This document shows, in pieces, positions 61,419 through 64,000 of a stretch of DNA of 64,000 bases. The DNA lies in assembly GCA_038207085.1 (NCBI GenBank), contig JBBRAE010000014.1, positions 1-64,000 of the forward strand. Reading direction: 5' to 3'. A program made the position numbers and the translations under genes. The notes below the pieces were generated by a model. That model ran no database searches. It had not been told where the DNA came from and saw only the letters and a program-made list of their open reading frames with translations. Position 1 is the first letter of the stretch. Each line of letters starts with the position of its first letter. The DNA comes from Armatimonadota bacterium. GTDB lineage: Bacteria > Armatimonadota > UBA5829 > DTLH01.

Positions 61419-63977
61419 CTACGATGACTTGCCCCTCACCACCCCGAGGCAGTACCTCGAAGGGTTGAGATGCCGGACGGCGGTGTTCAGCACATCCTGG
61501 GGCGTAACGCGGGCGATGCCTTCGAGGTACTCCTTGGTGCCGTCGAGTCCGTGGCCGTAGATTTCGTGTACCGCGAGAGAACCCGCGCGGGCAGCGGAGG
61601 TCTGAAGCGAGATCAGCCGCGAGCCTTTGAGGTAACTCTTCGCACGCTCGACCTCCTCGACCTCGGCGGGTTCTTCTCTCAGTTTCATAAGCTCTGCAAA
61701 TATCGCCTCGCGGGCCTTCACCTCGTTTTCGGGGCTCGTCGCGGTATATATAACGAACATGCCGCTGCTTGCCGCAACGTGGCTTCCGGTCGAAACCGTG
61801 TAGGCGAGCCCCTGTCGGCCGCGGACTTCGGCAAAAAGCCTTCCACCGAGCCCTGATGAGATTGCCGATGCAACGTCGAGGGCGAAGCGTTCGGGGTCGT
61901 CAGCAGCCGCGCCGGGGAAACCGAGTGCCGCCGCGGTCTGTGCCCTGTCGCGCTCGATCACGTTCTCACGTATCTCCTGAGGAAACACAGCGGGCATCAC
62001 CACGCAGACCGGCGGGCGCTTGCCGAGCCGTGCAAATAGCTCGTCGACGGCCTTCGTGACCTCATTGACGCGAATATTCCCGACGATCGACACCACCGCC
62101 GCATCAGGTGAGCAAATTGCGCTGTGCCAGAAGGCGACCTGATCGCGCGTGAGCGCAGAGATCGTCTCCTCTCTACCCTGATCTGGAAGAGAGTAGGGGT
62201 GCCCCTTGAACGCAATCTCAGTCAATAGGTCCGAAGCATAGGAAAACGACGAATCCTGCAGCCTTCGTATGTCCGACTTCAGCGCTTCGCGCTCTTTTTC
62301 AATCTCATCGGGCGGGAAGCTCGGCTCGGCGATCACGTCAAAGAGTATCTGCAGCCCCTCATCAAGGTTCTTGGAGAGTATCCGAAGCGAGTAGCCGAAG
62401 AAGTCGCTCCTGTTGCTCGTCCCGATCGCCGTTCCCAGGAACTCGACGCGCCGGGCGATATCTTCAGCCGAGTAGCGGGCCGTCCCCTTGAGCGAGGTCC
62501 TAAGTGCAAGCTCAGTGATCCCCGCAAGGTCCGGGTTCTCGCACATCCGCCCGCCCTTGAAGTAGATACTGACGCCTACGACCGACGAAGTCGGCTCCAT
62601 CTGCGTAATGAGCACCGCGCCTGATGGCAACACTGCCCTGCGCAGATGGTCCTCACTTGACCCAACGACCACCGACGGCGCCGCGACAGCTTGAACAGCC
62701 TCTTTCGACGCCTCCGCGAGCTCTTCTTTAGTATAGCTCGGAAGCTCTTCACCAGATGGGACGTATTCGAGCACGGTGGCCCGGTCTACCGTCAGATACT
62801 TCGCAGCGACCCGGGCGATGTCGTCGCTCGTCACCGCGTGCAGGCGTTCGGTGAACTCGTCGGACTTTTTGTAGTCCCCGAGCGCTTCGAAGTAGGCAAG
62901 CCTGTTCGCTCGCCCGAGCACCTGTTCCTGGTCAAAGAAGTAGTCGCTTTCGATGGTGTTTTTGATCTTTTCAAGCTCGTCGCGGTGTATCGGCTCGGCC
63001 ACAAGGCGCTCAATCTCACGAAATACCGAAGCGACGACCTTGCGCCCGTCACGCTCAAGAGCTTCGGCGGTGATTGTGACGATTCCGGCATCGGCGTAGG
63101 AGCTATAAAACGCCCCGATGCTGCTCACCAACTGCTGGCGCTCCATTATGTTCTGGTGGAGCCGGGAGCTTCGCCCGTCGCCTAGTATATCGACCGCAAC
63201 CGAAAGCGCGTAGAAGTCCGAATCGGTGATCGCGGGCGCGTGAAAGCCGATATGGAGCAGTCTCTGGTTGATGTCGCCTGAGAGCCGGGTGTATTTCATA
63301 TCCACCTGCTCGGGCTCTTCGGGCGAGGGGTTTTCAACGAGTGTTCTTGCCGGAATCGCGCCGTAGAGCCGTTCGGCGACCTGAAGCGCAAGGCCGGACT
63401 CGACTCCTCCGACGATACAGAGCACGATGTTCTGCGGCGAGTAGCGTTCGCTGTAGTAGTTCACTACGTCCTCGCGAGTGATCGCCCGAAGCTGGTCTGG
63501 GTAGCCGATCCGCCAGCGCCTGATGCGGTGCTTGTCAAACGATAGTTCGAACATCTTCTCGACCGAGTACGCCCACGGGCTGTCGAGCTTCTGGTGCGCC
63601 TCTTGAATGACTACCTCCGTCTCGCGCGCAAGCTCTTCGGGGTCCAATAAGGGGTCGGTGAGCGCATCAAACTGGATATCAAGCGCGGTCTCAAACGCCT
63701 CGGCGGGCGCAACGACGTAGTAGCTCGTCGACTCATACCCAGTGCCGGCGTTCAAGACTCCACCGAGCGCCTTTGTCTCCTGTGCGATCGCCTCAGGGTC
63801 GGGTCTGCGCTTGGTGCCTTTGAAGAACATGTGCTCAAAGACGTGGCTGATCCCCGACAGCCGGTCGATTTCATCAAAGTAGCCGGTTTTGACGTATGTG
63901 ATGACCGCGACGACGGGCGAATCGGGCAGCTCTTCTATCAGTATCGTAAGTCCGTTATCGAGAACCTGTTTGATCAA
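61419..63977 (-). CDS. M16 (pitrilysin/PqqL-like) zinc peptidase, two-module fusion
   Basis: L.NGL, HVFEHMFFKGT (HxxEH), SSRL, second inactive M16 module, RLF.EVR..GLAY. Confidence 0.93.
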   Translation of the reverse strand: MIKQVLDNGLTILIEELPDSPVVAVITYVKTGYFDEIDRLSGISHVFEHMFFKGTKRRPDPEAIAQETKALGGVLNAGTGYESTSYYVVAPAEAFETALDIQFDALTDPLLDPEELARETEVVIQEAHQKLDSPWAYSVEKMFELSFDKHRIRRWRIGYPDQLRAITREDVVNYYSERYSPQNIVLCIVGGVESGLALQVAERLYGAIPARTLVENPSPEEPEQVDMKYTRLSGDINQRLLHIGFHAPAITDSDFYALSVAVDILGDGRSSRLHQNIMERQQLVSSIGAFYSSYADAGIVTITAEALERDGRKVVASVFREIERLVAEPIHRDELEKIKNTIESDYFFDQEQVLGRANRLAYFEALGDYKKSDEFTERLHAVTSDDIARVAAKYLTVDRATVLEYVPSGEELPSYTKEELAEASKEAVQAVAAPSVVVGSSEDHLRRAVLPSGAVLITQMEPTSSVVGVSIYFKGGRMCENPDLAGITELALRTSLKGTARYSAEDIARRVEFLGTAIGTSNRSDFFGYSLRILSKNLDEGLQILFDVIAEPSFPPDEIEKEREALKSDIRRLQDSSFSYASDLLTEIAFKGHPYSLPDQGREETISALTRDQVAFWHSAICSPDAAVVSIVGNIRVNEVTKAVDELFARLGKRPPVCVVMPAVFPQEIRENVIERDRAQTAAALGFPGAAADDPERFALDVASAISSGLGGRLFAEVRGRQGLAYTVSTGSHVAASSGMFVIYTATSPENEVKAREAIFAELMKLREEPAEVEEVERAKSYLKGSRLISLQTSAARAGSLAVHEIYGHGLDGTKEYLEGIARVTPQDVLNTAVRHLNPSRYCLGVVRGKSS

Positions 63978-64000
63978 TTATCTCTCCAATATTGTCGGAT

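Overview
64 kb of a ~60% GC diderm (LPS-making) bacterium. The gene order (tamB-bamA-multiple ompH-lpxD/C-fabZ-lpxA/B-msbA) suggests a diderm Terrabacteria lineage such as Armatimonadota, but this is inference only. 0.2-28.1 kb: lipB, then a ~27 kb outer-membrane/lipid A/LPS-core supercluster that includes an LmtA-like methyltransferase, LpxJ (DUF374), WaaA, LpxK, LpxL, GT9/GT4/GT2, a DHS-fold unknown and RfaE1. 28.2-32.6 kb: csp and a MoxR operon truncated before DUF58. 32.6-39.4 kb: minus-strand glycosylation locus, partly collapsed by internal deletions. 39.6-45.8 kb: GAF membrane protein, a heptaheme cytochrome with OmcS-like motif order, and a MarR-Mrp-IscU-Nfu-ferritin-like Fe-S operon. 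46-53 kb: K+/H+ antiporter, P1B-ATPase, ZIP and peptidase. 53-56.4 kb: hepT, menG, comEA. 56.6-61.4 kb: a five-gene non-canonical chaperone-usher/WxL-like fimbrial operon. The window ends with an M16 peptidase. Several families of short intergenic palindromic repeats are present, including a hairpin placed just before three unrelated Shine-Dalgarno sites and a tandem structured motif. No rRNA, tRNA, CRISPR array or intact transposase was seen. All family calls come from motif recognition by eye, not from database searches.
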